Shown: positions 9,635 to 19,090 of the stretch, in pieces | How positions within the stretch are numbered: the first letter of the stretch is position 1 | How the letters are laid out: every line of letters begins with the position of its first letter | Source: an uncultured Gammaproteobacteria bacterium | Lineage (GTDB): Bacteria > Patescibacteriota > Microgenomatia > Daviesbacterales > UBA10151 | Assembly (NCBI GenBank): GCA_964406775.1 | Contig: CAYOSW010000004.1 | Coordinates: forward strand, 7,392 to 71,391 | DNA length: 64,000 nt | Reading direction: 5' to 3' | Made by a program: the position numbers and the translations under genes | The notes under the pieces: model-generated | Database searches by the model: none | The model's input: the letters and a program-made list of their open reading frames with translations, nothing else | What the model was told of the DNA's origin: nothing

Positions 9635-10630
9635 TTAATAATTCACTCCGAAATTTAAAAAGTCCGTAAACTTATCTATTTTTTCTCTGGTGAAATCCTT
9701 TCCGGTTAAACCGTGAGTTGCCGAATTAACAGCTAAACCTTTAAAGAGTTTTTTAAAATTCTTGTCTGACCGATAAATCTTTTTCAGTCTTCTCATCAGA
9801 TGAGTTGTTATATCCCCTTCTTTCCACAAATAGCGTAAAGTGGTTATGTTTTCATATAGTCCTAAGGTCCGGGCGCAAAGCTGAAAATCTATCAGAAAGA
9901 TCCGTTTTTTTCTGTCGACAATAATATTTCTGAAGTGCAGATCCCTATGGATAAGACGGTTAGAATTTTCGGACAAAAGAACGGGGATTGATTGCAAAAA
10001 AATAGGAACGCCTCTCAGCAATGATCTGAATACCCTAGGGTGTGTAAGCAAAGCCTTGGTCAGCAAAAAGGGATAGAGAATAATATAGTTAACAGAAGAT
10101 CTTCTTGAAATGCTCCTTAATTCCTCTTCTGTAAGTTTAGATCCGAGATAGTCCAAAAAAGCAGTAACTTTAAAGTAAATTCCGGTTTTTTCAGAACTCG
10201 AAAGATTTTCGGCAATTGTGCCGTCAATATATTTAATCAGAATTACTAAACTGTTCTCAGTCTCTTTAGAAGCAACAATTGAAGGAATCTTAATTTTTAA
10301 AAATTCTTCCGGCAATGATTTTGAATTCCTATCTAATACATTATTAAGAATTTCATATAATTTAAATTCATTCTTTAATGCATAGTAATTAAAATCTTTG
10401 AATTCACCGCTCCAGATTTTACCGACTGCTTTTTTTCCTTTTTGATCCGCGTACATTCCCAAATTAAAAGCCTTAACAGTCCCAATCTTCTCAATTGAGG
10501 ACTTTAATTTATAATTGCCCACTTTAACAGGTAACTTTGTTTCAACTTTTCTCCGCAATCTGCCATAAACTAGCGACTTAAGATAAACATAGATTAATCT
10601 GGAAAGAGTTAAAGAGCCGGAATTTTTCAT
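9635..10630 (-). CDS. APH/choline-kinase-like phosphotransferase
   Basis: Brenner motif HRDLHFRN and IDFQ; inside the glycan operon. Confidence 0.75.
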   Translation of the reverse strand: MKNSGSLTLSRLIYVYLKSLVYGRLRRKVETKLPVKVGNYKLKSSIEKIGTVKAFNLGMYADQKGKKAVGKIWSGEFKDFNYYALKNEFKLYEILNNVLDRNSKSLPEEFLKIKIPSIVASKETENSLVILIKYIDGTIAENLSSSEKTGIYFKVTAFLDYLGSKLTEEELRSISRRSSVNYIILYPFLLTKALLTHPRVFRSLLRGVPIFLQSIPVLLSENSNRLIHRDLHFRNIIVDRKKRIFLIDFQLCARTLGLYENITTLRYLWKEGDITTHLMRRLKKIYRSDKNFKKLFKGLAVNSATHGLTGKDFTREKIDKFTDFLNFGVNY

Positions 10631-10632
10631 AG

Positions 10633-13600
10633 TTATTTTGCAAAAACCTCCTGGCCTAATAAAGGATAGTTCTTGGGGTGAATCTCCTCATTAATTAACC
10701 TTAAAAATTTTTGTTTACTTAAATCCCAACTGAAATTCAATGACCATACAAACGCTTCCTCAGATAATTCTCTTCTTAGTTTTGTATCTGAGATAATTTT
10801 TAATAACGCATCTGCAAACGCATTGATATTTTTTGGAGCAACCAAAATTCCGGTTTTCCCATTAACTATTGAGTCTCTAAGTCCGTTTACATCCGAAGCT
10901 ATTACCGGTGTCATACAAGCGTTTGCTTCGATTACAGTCATACCCCAGCCTTCAATCATTGAGGGCTGAACCATCACCCAGCTTTCTGTTAATAATTTAT
11001 GTTTCTCTGAATCGTTTACCCTACCCAAAAAGTGAACTGCATGTCCGATCTGCAACTGAGAAACCAATTTTTTTAATTTAACAGAGCTCTCTCCCGATCC
11101 TGCTATAGCAAAAAGCGCGTTGGGATATTTTTGCAGAATCTGCGCAAAAGCTTTAATCGCAACATCGATATTTTTGTACGGCTGCAGTCTTCCCAGATAC
11201 AGAACTTGAGGATTGGCAGTTTTTGTCAGTTTAGACGGCGTCGAAATATTTATTCCGGGATTGATAATTTCTATTTGTTTAAAATTGTCTTTTGCGAGTT
11301 TGATTATTTCAGCTTTTGATGACTGGGAAACCGTTATTACCTTTTGATTTTTGTAAACAAGCGGCATAAGTTTACCTTCTAAAAAGGATGCCAAAACCGC
11401 CAGAGGCAGAGGAAGATGGTTTCTGAATACTTCCTGGTGGATATGGTGTATTAATAAGAATTTCGGTTTTTTTACAAAAAGGGGTGTAAAGAAGGGGATT
11501 CCATTTTCAGAATCAATAACAACATCATATTTTCCTCTGAGTCTTAACATATAGTAAAGAGCTGCCCAGAAATAAACCATATAAAATCCCCCTCTTCGGA
11601 TTATTTGTATTCCGTCAATGACTTCATAGCGGGGACTATGGCCGTCACTGCCGGAGAAAACCGTAACTTGGAATCCGGCATCTACGCATTTTTTTGCTAT
11701 TTCGTGGATATATGATTCTGCACCCCCGGCCCATTTATGCTTTATGTCTCTCCAGTTAAATATCAATATTCTTTTTTGACCTTCTTTTACAGATACCGTT
11801 ATCTTTCCTTTATCCGATAAAGGCGAAAAAACAAGATCGAAGAGATCCAAAAATGCCCTTTCGGAAAGCCAGATATAATTTCTCAGGATATGCAAAAACC
11901 CCATCAAAGCAAAATTAAATGCACTTACTAAAAACATTATCCAAACGATTTGTGTTAAATTTTCGTGGAATATTGAAAGCAGAATTATTTGACCTACAGA
12001 TGCGGCAAATCCCACAACAACAAACAAGTGATTTTCTCTGGCCTGAAAGTATGAGATTACGGGCTGAGCGACGGTAAATAAAATAATTCCGGCGATGTAG
12101 ACAGGAATTAAATCCAGCACCGAGTATATCTTTGCACCGAAAAATATCGGCAGAATAACCGGTCCGAATAGAACCAGACCTAAGCCGGCCGATACTGTGA
12201 GCGATACAGTTAAGCCGAATAGAATAACAAATGTCCTGCTGCTTTTTTTATCTGCTCCTTCATTTCTTGCAACCAGCGGAAGCATTAGAGGTGCAAGCAG
12301 GGAACCGAAAAAGAACACCATTTTCCCGGGAAGAGAGAGCAGTCCGTATTGACCTGCTTCGAACGGACTTAAAAAGTGTTTTACCAAAACAACATCAAGA
12401 CCAAGAAAGGCAATATTTGTAATCCCGATTAGCAGCGAAGAAATATAAAAAGGCAGATTAAATTTAGCATGAGAGATCTGCATTTTTTTAACGGAAGGTT
12501 TACCGCTTAAAATCGAATTTAAAACAAGAGCGACAGTCATAGAAACCGGAATGGCAACGTAAACAAGATCACTCATTCCGGATTCGGTAAGCAGAATAAT
12601 CATTGATAGTTTTATTAATGCTTCAATCACTCCTACAAGAGCTATCTTGCTGAAGGACAGAGTTCCCTTCAAAAACCCCGAGAAATTAGCTCCGATTATC
12701 GCAATCAGCCAAACAGGACTGAAAATAAGGAATGGGATTGTCGAGTTTGTATTAAAGAATTTCTCCAGAAAAGGAATTGAAACTAACCAGATTAACATCA
12801 ATCCGATACCGGTAAACATTGACTTATTTACAAACTGGTCCAGATATCCTCTTGCCTGATCTTTGGAATATTTGCCGTACAGAAAAGCAATTTTTTGCGT
12901 AATTGTTGCCGAAAGTGCACCTAAAGGAATTGTCGAAATAAACAGAAAACTTGTAAAAAGATTCAGGTTGCCGTAATCCTCAAAAGTAAGTTTTCTTCCC
13001 AGATATGCATTGATAAAAAAATTACAGAAATTACTTATAAGCGATGCAAAAACCAGGGTAGAGGCTCCGAAGTAAACTTTCCTGAAACCTATTGAATCCG
13101 CTAATCTTTCCGTCAGTCTTTTTCCTATACCCGGTCTGGTAGTAGGGGAAACTGCAGCCGAGATAATGATGTCTGAGGTCTTCTCCTCAATTTCAGGCTG
13201 TTTAGCCAAATGAAGACCGTGGATTGTTTTCTCCCAGTAATGAGGTTTAACAATCAGCTGATAAAGTGCCATAACTGCCGCAACGGAACCCATTAACCAA
13301 TAGATAGGCACCAAGAATACGTATTTCATTAGCGCCCAATGATCTCTTTTTGCCGCACCGATCATATAGTTATAGATATATAAAAAGTTGCCTGCGATTA
13401 AAGAAAATACCGCGAAGTAAAAAACTACCGACGGAAAAAGAGATTCGATAAATGCCGAGGTGTATTGGTAATAAGCAAAGTAAGCAAATGTCGTGGCCCA
13501 AAGGACAGGATTGATTAACATAAACGAAATCCGGGCGCCAATGATTAATTGAAAAACAAACGCGTGCCACCCGTGATCTCTCACAAGCTCAACAGGTTTA

Positions 13601-15345
13601 CGCATATGGACTAAATAAGTCTGCATATATCCTTTAAGCCAGCGAGACCTTTGTCTTATCCAGTTTTTAACGTTACTGTTAGCTTCCTCAAGCGTTATAG
13701 AATCGATAATCGCGGTTTTATAACCCTTCTTAAAAAGTCTCACCCCTAAATCGCAATCCTCAGTAACATTAAAAGGATCCCAGCCTTCCAGCTCAATTAA
13801 GGTTTTAGTTCTAAAGTGGTTACTGGTTCCTCCTAAAGGAATAACCGTGTCGATTGATTGGAGTCCGGTTAACATCACATCAAACCAAAGTGAATATTCG
13901 GCCGTAAAGAAACGGGTTAATAAATTCTGATGAGGGTTAAAATAATTTAATTTTGCCTGGAGACAAACTATATTGGGCTTCGATTTCTTAAACGCCAGAT
14001 ATGCTTTTTTAAGCTGATCGGGTTCGGGAATATCCTCCGCATCGTAAACTACCAAGTATTCACCCTGCGCAAAATTTAATCCGTAGTTACAGGCTTTCGG
14101 CTTTGTTTTAGGCTCGCTTTCCGGAACAATAACCGTCGAGACATATTTAGGGAGACTCATCGCTTTAACAGCATCTATACTTATTTGGTCGTCTTCCTCG
14201 AGAAGCAGTTTTACATCCAGTTTATTTTTCGGATAATCAAGATTTGCTATAGCCTCTAAAAAGTGCGGAACAATATGTGCCTCCCTGTAAAGAGGACAGA
14301 GAATCGTATAAATAGGTAGACCCTCATCCTTAAGAGAAGTAAGCTCTTCCGCTGTAGAAGTAATTTCCGGCGGAAAATGCAGGCTTTTTAAAACAACATA
14401 TAGATTAAATAAAACATCAATAAAATACACAAAACTTAATATTCCGATAATTGAGATAAGCGTTGTAATGGGGCTTAAAATAATACCGATCTCTAAGATA
14501 ATTACCCCCAAAAGAATCACCAAAATCTGGCTTAAATGAAAAACTTCGAGAGCGGAGTGCTCCGGCTTTAGAGTCGTATGGGTTTTCAGCCATTTCCTGT
14601 TATGAATGAATCCCGCTCCAGCCATTGTATCGGAGGTTACCGGTTTAATCAGATAAGTTTTTCGTTTCGAAAGTTTTAATTTTAGGGCATTTTTACCGAT
14701 TTCTGCTGAAGTTTTAATGAGGTTAACTTTGGAGTGGCCGCCCGTCCGTTTATCAAAAGTAATATCTACACCGGCGATTTTAAATCCTAAATTACGAGCG
14801 GTATTCAGAAGAGCTAGATCGAGCGTCCAGGGAGTAAGTTCTTTTTCATCAATATAATCCAAAATTTCTTTACGGAATAGTTTCAAACCGGATTGCACAT
14901 CTACTTTAAATCCGTGAAGAAGTCTCCCGAAGCTGAAATTAAAAATCCTTGAGACTGTTTTCCTTAAAAATGAGGCCTGAAAACCTTTGCGGTTGGCAAC
15001 AACAACACCGTTTTCCTGAGCCTTAAAGTACATTTCCGAAATTGACTCGGGCGGATATTGTAAATCGGCATCCAACATAACTACATATTCGGATTTTGAA
15101 TGTTTTGCTCCTTCCAAAATTGAATACGCCTTGCCTGGTTTGCCTTTTTTTGTGTAGATCTCGATGGGATAACTCTCTTGCAGAAGATTAAGCACTTCCA
15201 ATGTTTTATCTGTTGAATGGTCGTCAACAAAAATCATTTTGTAGGCAATTTTTGCGTCAAGCATTGACTTGTTTATCCTCTGAATGAGGGGATAAATATT
15301 GGTTTCCTCGTTTTTAACAGGAATAATGATATCGAGATTTCTCAT
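10633..15345 (-). CDS. Multidomain glycan synthesis/export protein: GT2 (DPM-like) + processive GT2 + Wzx/MOP flippase + GT4
   Basis: N-term IIIPVKNEE/DDHSTD/DADLQY; middle KPKACN, YDAED, TEDCDLG, QRSRW; about 12-TM flippase-like block; C-term GGAE, GRLQPYKN, EGWGMTVIEA (ExxxxxxxE). Confidence 0.88.
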   Translation of the reverse strand: MRNLDIIIPVKNEETNIYPLIQRINKSMLDAKIAYKMIFVDDHSTDKTLEVLNLLQESYPIEIYTKKGKPGKAYSILEGAKHSKSEYVVMLDADLQYPPESISEMYFKAQENGVVVANRKGFQASFLRKTVSRIFNFSFGRLLHGFKVDVQSGLKLFRKEILDYIDEKELTPWTLDLALLNTARNLGFKIAGVDITFDKRTGGHSKVNLIKTSAEIGKNALKLKLSKRKTYLIKPVTSDTMAGAGFIHNRKWLKTHTTLKPEHSALEVFHLSQILVILLGVIILEIGIILSPITTLISIIGILSFVYFIDVLFNLYVVLKSLHFPPEITSTAEELTSLKDEGLPIYTILCPLYREAHIVPHFLEAIANLDYPKNKLDVKLLLEEDDQISIDAVKAMSLPKYVSTVIVPESEPKTKPKACNYGLNFAQGEYLVVYDAEDIPEPDQLKKAYLAFKKSKPNIVCLQAKLNYFNPHQNLLTRFFTAEYSLWFDVMLTGLQSIDTVIPLGGTSNHFRTKTLIELEGWDPFNVTEDCDLGVRLFKKGYKTAIIDSITLEEANSNVKNWIRQRSRWLKGYMQTYLVHMRKPVELVRDHGWHAFVFQLIIGARISFMLINPVLWATTFAYFAYYQYTSAFIESLFPSVVFYFAVFSLIAGNFLYIYNYMIGAAKRDHWALMKYVFLVPIYWLMGSVAAVMALYQLIVKPHYWEKTIHGLHLAKQPEIEEKTSDIIISAAVSPTTRPGIGKRLTERLADSIGFRKVYFGASTLVFASLISNFCNFFINAYLGRKLTFEDYGNLNLFTSFLFISTIPLGALSATITQKIAFLYGKYSKDQARGYLDQFVNKSMFTGIGLMLIWLVSIPFLEKFFNTNSTIPFLIFSPVWLIAIIGANFSGFLKGTLSFSKIALVGVIEALIKLSMIILLTESGMSDLVYVAIPVSMTVALVLNSILSGKPSVKKMQISHAKFNLPFYISSLLIGITNIAFLGLDVVLVKHFLSPFEAGQYGLLSLPGKMVFFFGSLLAPLMLPLVARNEGADKKSSRTFVILFGLTVSLTVSAGLGLVLFGPVILPIFFGAKIYSVLDLIPVYIAGIILFTVAQPVISYFQARENHLFVVVGFAASVGQIILLSIFHENLTQIVWIMFLVSAFNFALMGFLHILRNYIWLSERAFLDLFDLVFSPLSDKGKITVSVKEGQKRILIFNWRDIKHKWAGGAESYIHEIAKKCVDAGFQVTVFSGSDGHSPRYEVIDGIQIIRRGGFYMVYFWAALYYMLRLRGKYDVVIDSENGIPFFTPLFVKKPKFLLIHHIHQEVFRNHLPLPLAVLASFLEGKLMPLVYKNQKVITVSQSSKAEIIKLAKDNFKQIEIINPGINISTPSKLTKTANPQVLYLGRLQPYKNIDVAIKAFAQILQKYPNALFAIAGSGESSVKLKKLVSQLQIGHAVHFLGRVNDSEKHKLLTESWVMVQPSMIEGWGMTVIEANACMTPVIASDVNGLRDSIVNGKTGILVAPKNINAFADALLKIISDTKLRRELSEEAFVWSLNFSWDLSKQKFLRLINEEIHPKNYPLLGQEVFAK

Positions 15346-15347
15346 TT

Positions 15348-15398
15348 TAGGCCCATAAAATCCGAAACTATATATAGATCAAAAATTATGAAGGCCTA
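15348..15398 (-). promoter_or_regulatory. Long imperfect hairpin in the 5' UTR of the glycan operon, ending 2 nt before the ATG
   Basis: TAGGCC/GGCCTA and CATAA/TTATG arms around the palindrome CTATATATAG; TATAAT just upstream on the minus strand (15412-15417). Confidence 0.45.
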
Positions 15399-15477
15399 TA
15401 ATAACATACTCTATTATAAATTTCTAGCTTATAGTTGTTGAAATTAAATTTTTAAAAGTTTGAGTAAAAATTTTGAC

Positions 15478-15516
15478 GAAGTCGCAAGCTTCGCTTTAGA
15501 CCTGAGTCGCAAGCTC
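15478..15516. repeat. Two copies of AGTCGCAAGCT (15480-15490, 15505-15515), each in a small hairpin; possible terminator or REP-like element after dac
   Basis: Exact 11-bp direct repeat, 25-bp period. Confidence 0.45.
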
Positions 15517-15519
15517 TGC

Positions 15520-16473
15520 TTAATTGTTCAGTTTGGAGAAGGAGTAGTCGAGCATAACCTTTGCATCATCCCGCCGGTTAACGGCACCGAGTAAAACACC
15601 GAGCACTTCCTTACCGTTTTGACGGGCGAGAGTCACAAGCGTTAATCCCGCCTCAGGCGTATATCCGGTTTTTAAACCGAGCACACCGGGATAAGTTGTC
15701 AGAAGATTAATTCCCGAATACATATCATAATCCTGGTGATCGGTTGTCTTTTCTATGAAGACGTGAGGCTGGGAAGAAATATTGATAATTTCCGGCCAGG
15801 TTTTAATCAAGTATCTACTCATTAAGGCTACATCCAACGCCGTTGAATATTGGCAGGGAGCTCGGCCTTTGCACTTTTCCGGTTCTTCCTCAAGACCAGT
15901 CGGGTTTACAAACACCGTATCCCCCATTCCTAGTTGAGCCGCTTTGGAGTTCATTAGTCCAATAAACTCCTCCCGTCTACCGGTCGTGCCCTCTGAGATT
16001 GCCTCAGCAGCATCATTAGCAGAAACCAGAAAAATCCCGTCCAGAAGATTTCTTAAAGTATGTTTTTCTCCCGCCAATAAATACATCTTATCCGGCTCAG
16101 TTTCTGAGGCCCGTACAGAGATTTTGTAGATATCCTCCTGAGTTTTGTGTTCAAGAGCAATAATTGTCGTCATTATCTTCGTTAATGAGGCTATAGAGTA
16201 CTTTTCTTGTGCATTTTTTGAGTATAAAACTTGTCCTGTTGAGGTTTCAACAAAGAAGGCTCCGGAGGCTGTTATTTCCGGTGCATCCGGGAATTCCGTA
16301 TTTCTACCTTTTTCATATTTGGGAAACCAGGCGTTTGTAGAAATCTGAGTTTTCGAAATACCCAAAACGGGTGAAGCTAAACCGGCACTCTTAAATAGCT
16401 CCGAAGATTTAACAATCACAAACGACCCCAAAAAGACGATTAGGAGTAAGATGGCAGAGAGTTTAAGCTTCAT
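15520..16473 (-). CDS. D-alanyl-D-alanine carboxypeptidase (peptidase S11)
   Basis: SLTK (SxxK), SAN (SxN), KTG motifs; N-terminal anchor. Confidence 0.92.
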   Translation of the reverse strand: MKLKLSAILLLIVFLGSFVIVKSSELFKSAGLASPVLGISKTQISTNAWFPKYEKGRNTEFPDAPEITASGAFFVETSTGQVLYSKNAQEKYSIASLTKIMTTIIALEHKTQEDIYKISVRASETEPDKMYLLAGEKHTLRNLLDGIFLVSANDAAEAISEGTTGRREEFIGLMNSKAAQLGMGDTVFVNPTGLEEEPEKCKGRAPCQYSTALDVALMSRYLIKTWPEIINISSQPHVFIEKTTDHQDYDMYSGINLLTTYPGVLGLKTGYTPEAGLTLVTLARQNGKEVLGVLLGAVNRRDDAKVMLDYSFSKLNN

Positions 16474-16475
16474 AA

Positions 16476-17561
16476 CTACTGGCGTCCGGCATCCTTAGGC
16501 GGAGTAAGAAGCAGATTCGGTATCTGAATTGAAAAACTGTCGTGTTTGTTTAATATTTTTTCTTTAAGAATTATCGATGGATTTGGTGTTCCCCAAAAAT
16601 TCGGGCCGAATATAAAACTTCCGTTACATCCGCTCGTAAAACTGACTTGTCCAAGAATGATATTGTCCCTTATTTTTACGGCGCTGTCGCAGGCTATACT
16701 GATTAGACTATTACCGGAGAAATAATTACGGGCAATTAAGCCTTCCTGGAGTTGGCCTCCGGAAATAAAATCAATGACTGTGCGCTTAGGCATCTCAAAG
16801 CTGTTACGGGTAATAAAAGGCACGGAAATTCTTCTTGCATCGACCCTAATTCCGTCACCGTCAAGATTTTGGAATAAATTATTATCTATCTCCGGACTTG
16901 CCCTGTATACCAAAACCGATTGTCTTAACCCGCTTCCGAAATTACTGTTATAAATTCTGGGTTTCCCCCGGTCCATACATAGAGAGCATTCCCCAGTATC
17001 CGAGAACTTGGAGTTTGAGATGTCAGTATTACCGCCTATCTCAAATTTCCTATAATCTGAAAAAAATCCGTTGTTTATATTCCCTTTTCTGATCTTAATT
17101 ACATTAATGTCATAAGGGCTCGGATCGACAGAGTCGGATTTAAACACCGCAGGATTTGCAGAGGTACCTTGAACAACTAAATTATTCAGATGAATCTGAA
17201 TTTTTTCTCCTTCATCCCAAAAAGGCTCCCCTGGAGCAACCCCCCGGGAGAACAGGCCTGTATTTACCCCGCTTTTTTGGTGCCAGGGAAGAAAATCCAT
17301 ATTCGATTTATCGCCGGTAATAGCAACTTTTACTAAAGTTCCAGGCATTACTATTATTGTCGTGTCTGCCGGAGAAAAGATGTCTCCTGTTACGGAAATT
17401 TCGCCTTCCCAAACCTGATCCGATAAGATCAGACCATAGACCTCTGTATCCTTAATGTGCTGAACCGGCAAAATTCTCGGCACTCCGAAAAAAAAGGCTA
17501 AACCCAGAAAAAGGGTCGACGAGGCAATAATCAGAACTTTAAAAAACCAGTGGAGTTTCAT
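16476..17561 (-). CDS. Membrane-anchored right-handed beta-helix repeat protein
   Basis: N-terminal TM; repeated 'I.N..F' beta-helix turns; NFWG near C-terminus. Confidence 0.6.
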   Translation of the reverse strand: MKLHWFFKVLIIASSTLFLGLAFFFGVPRILPVQHIKDTEVYGLILSDQVWEGEISVTGDIFSPADTTIIVMPGTLVKVAITGDKSNMDFLPWHQKSGVNTGLFSRGVAPGEPFWDEGEKIQIHLNNLVVQGTSANPAVFKSDSVDPSPYDINVIKIRKGNINNGFFSDYRKFEIGGNTDISNSKFSDTGECSLCMDRGKPRIYNSNFGSGLRQSVLVYRASPEIDNNLFQNLDGDGIRVDARRISVPFITRNSFEMPKRTVIDFISGGQLQEGLIARNYFSGNSLISIACDSAVKIRDNIILGQVSFTSGCNGSFIFGPNFWGTPNPSIILKEKILNKHDSFSIQIPNLLLTPPKDAGRQ

Positions 17562-17613
17562 CAGAAAATCTCAAGTATTGACTTATTATCTTAGCATACC
17601 CAACAATAGAGAT

Positions 17614-18315
17614 ATGGTCCGTTTCCTGCCAATACTGCTCATTATAGGTGCAATCGTCGCGCTTCTTAACTATACACCCGTAAAAAGAGAGCTCGCTTAT
17701 AAATTGGGGATTTCCGGGGATAAAACTACTTCCTGCTGTGACCCGAATAACCTCTCTAAAACCGGAGACTTTGACGAGACAGCCAATATCGCAATTTATA
17801 ATAACGAGACAATTGATTATCCTAAAACTTCACTTGCCCAGGCTATTAAGAACATCGCCATTAAGGAAACCAAGGTTCTCGGAACGACTAATGCCTCAGG
17901 ACAGGAAAAATGGATAGATGTGTCTCTGGACGAACAGAAGTTAAGAGCCTATGAGGGCGATACTGTGGTTATGGAATTTCCCATATCTTCCGGAAAATGG
18001 GGACCGACGCCTAAAGGTGAGTTTAATATCTGGTATAAAACCCGCGCCCAGGTTATGAGCGGAGGCTCAAAAGAACTCGGAACATATTATTACCTACCTA
18101 ACGTCCCGAACAATATGTTTTTCTATCAGGGATATGCTATTCACGGAGCGTATTGGCATAATAACTTCGGTCAACCAATGAGTCACGGATGTGTAAATGC
18201 GCCGCTTGCTCAGGTTGCAGAGCTTTTTGAATGGACTGGACCCGTTCTTCCTGCGGGCACTAACGCTTTAAGAGCCAGTTCGGATAATCCTGGAACCCGC
18301 GTAAACGTACATTAG
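17614..18315 (+). CDS. YkuD-family L,D-transpeptidase; start likely ATG 17614
   Basis: IDVSLDEQKL, PTPKG, HGAYWHNNFGQPMSHGCVN catalytic His/Cys motif. Confidence 0.92.
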   Translation: MVRFLPILLIIGAIVALLNYTPVKRELAYKLGISGDKTTSCCDPNNLSKTGDFDETANIAIYNNETIDYPKTSLAQAIKNIAIKETKVLGTTNASGQEKWIDVSLDEQKLRAYEGDTVVMEFPISSGKWGPTPKGEFNIWYKTRAQVMSGGSKELGTYYYLPNVPNNMFFYQGYAIHGAYWHNNFGQPMSHGCVNAPLAQVAELFEWTGPVLPAGTNALRASSDNPGTRVNVH

Positions 18316-18986
18316 TCTTTTAAGACTGTAGTTTTTAAATTAACTCCATCGTACTTAAACTCAAAAGTTACTTTTGAATCAAGGTTATTCTTAATATAAA
18401 GGTTTTGATTTGCAGAAGCTGCAACCGAATCCGGGCTTGCATAAACCGCAACTCCGTACTCCTTCGGTATTTCCGGAATCGGATAAAAGTCGTGGTTTGA
18501 AGGAGCAATAGATTCCAATCCCGCATCAAGAGCAGCCCAGTGAATTAACGAAGCTAAATGGCAAACACCCATTCCGTATAATCCACCTTCAAATTTATAT
18601 CCGTCTCCGGCACCGAAGTTCGTATGAGCCGTAACAGTAACATTATCCTTATATTCATCGGCAATAATATCGTGGTAAGCGAATCTTTGTCCCGGTTCAA
18701 GGCTGAAAGTCATAGTAAAAGGCTGATCTAAAGCTTCCCAATTGATGTCTTTTGAGGATTTAACCTTACCAGAAAGATAGGCTAAATTAAGTAAAATGTT
18801 GTCTTTGTAGACGTTTTCAGGCAGATCATAACCATATCTCTTATCAAGAGATATTGATCTTGAAGAAAGCTCAGTTTGTGCGTGAGCCTGCACCTTGAGC
18901 TCAGCTGAGCTCGTAGGCTGAATCTGTGCTTCGGAAAGCATTAAAGTCGAGGCTGTAAGTAATGAAACAAAGGCAGTTTGTATCAT
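18312..18986 (-). CDS. VanW-domain protein; start likely ATG 18986
   Basis: 'LEPGQRFAYH', 'GMGVCHLAS', 'NH', 'NLYIKNN' match the VanW core. Confidence 0.8.
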   Translation of the reverse strand: MIQTAFVSLLTASTLMLSEAQIQPTSSAELKVQAHAQTELSSRSISLDKRYGYDLPENVYKDNILLNLAYLSGKVKSSKDINWEALDQPFTMTFSLEPGQRFAYHDIIADEYKDNVTVTAHTNFGAGDGYKFEGGLYGMGVCHLASLIHWAALDAGLESIAPSNHDFYPIPEIPKEYGVAVYASPDSVAASANQNLYIKNNLDSKVTFEFKYDGVNLKTTVLKD

Positions 18987-19090
18987 AATTGAACTCAATA
19001 CTATAGCATACTATGGGTTAATAATCAAATCTATAGGCTCTCTTTTTCTTGATCCTGGACATTGAAATCCGAGCCTGTTACGATAAAAAT

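Noticed and set aside
15478-15516. Twin GCAA hairpins as a riboswitch such as c-di-GMP
   Set aside because: Too short and lacking the other conserved elements; kept only as a repeat
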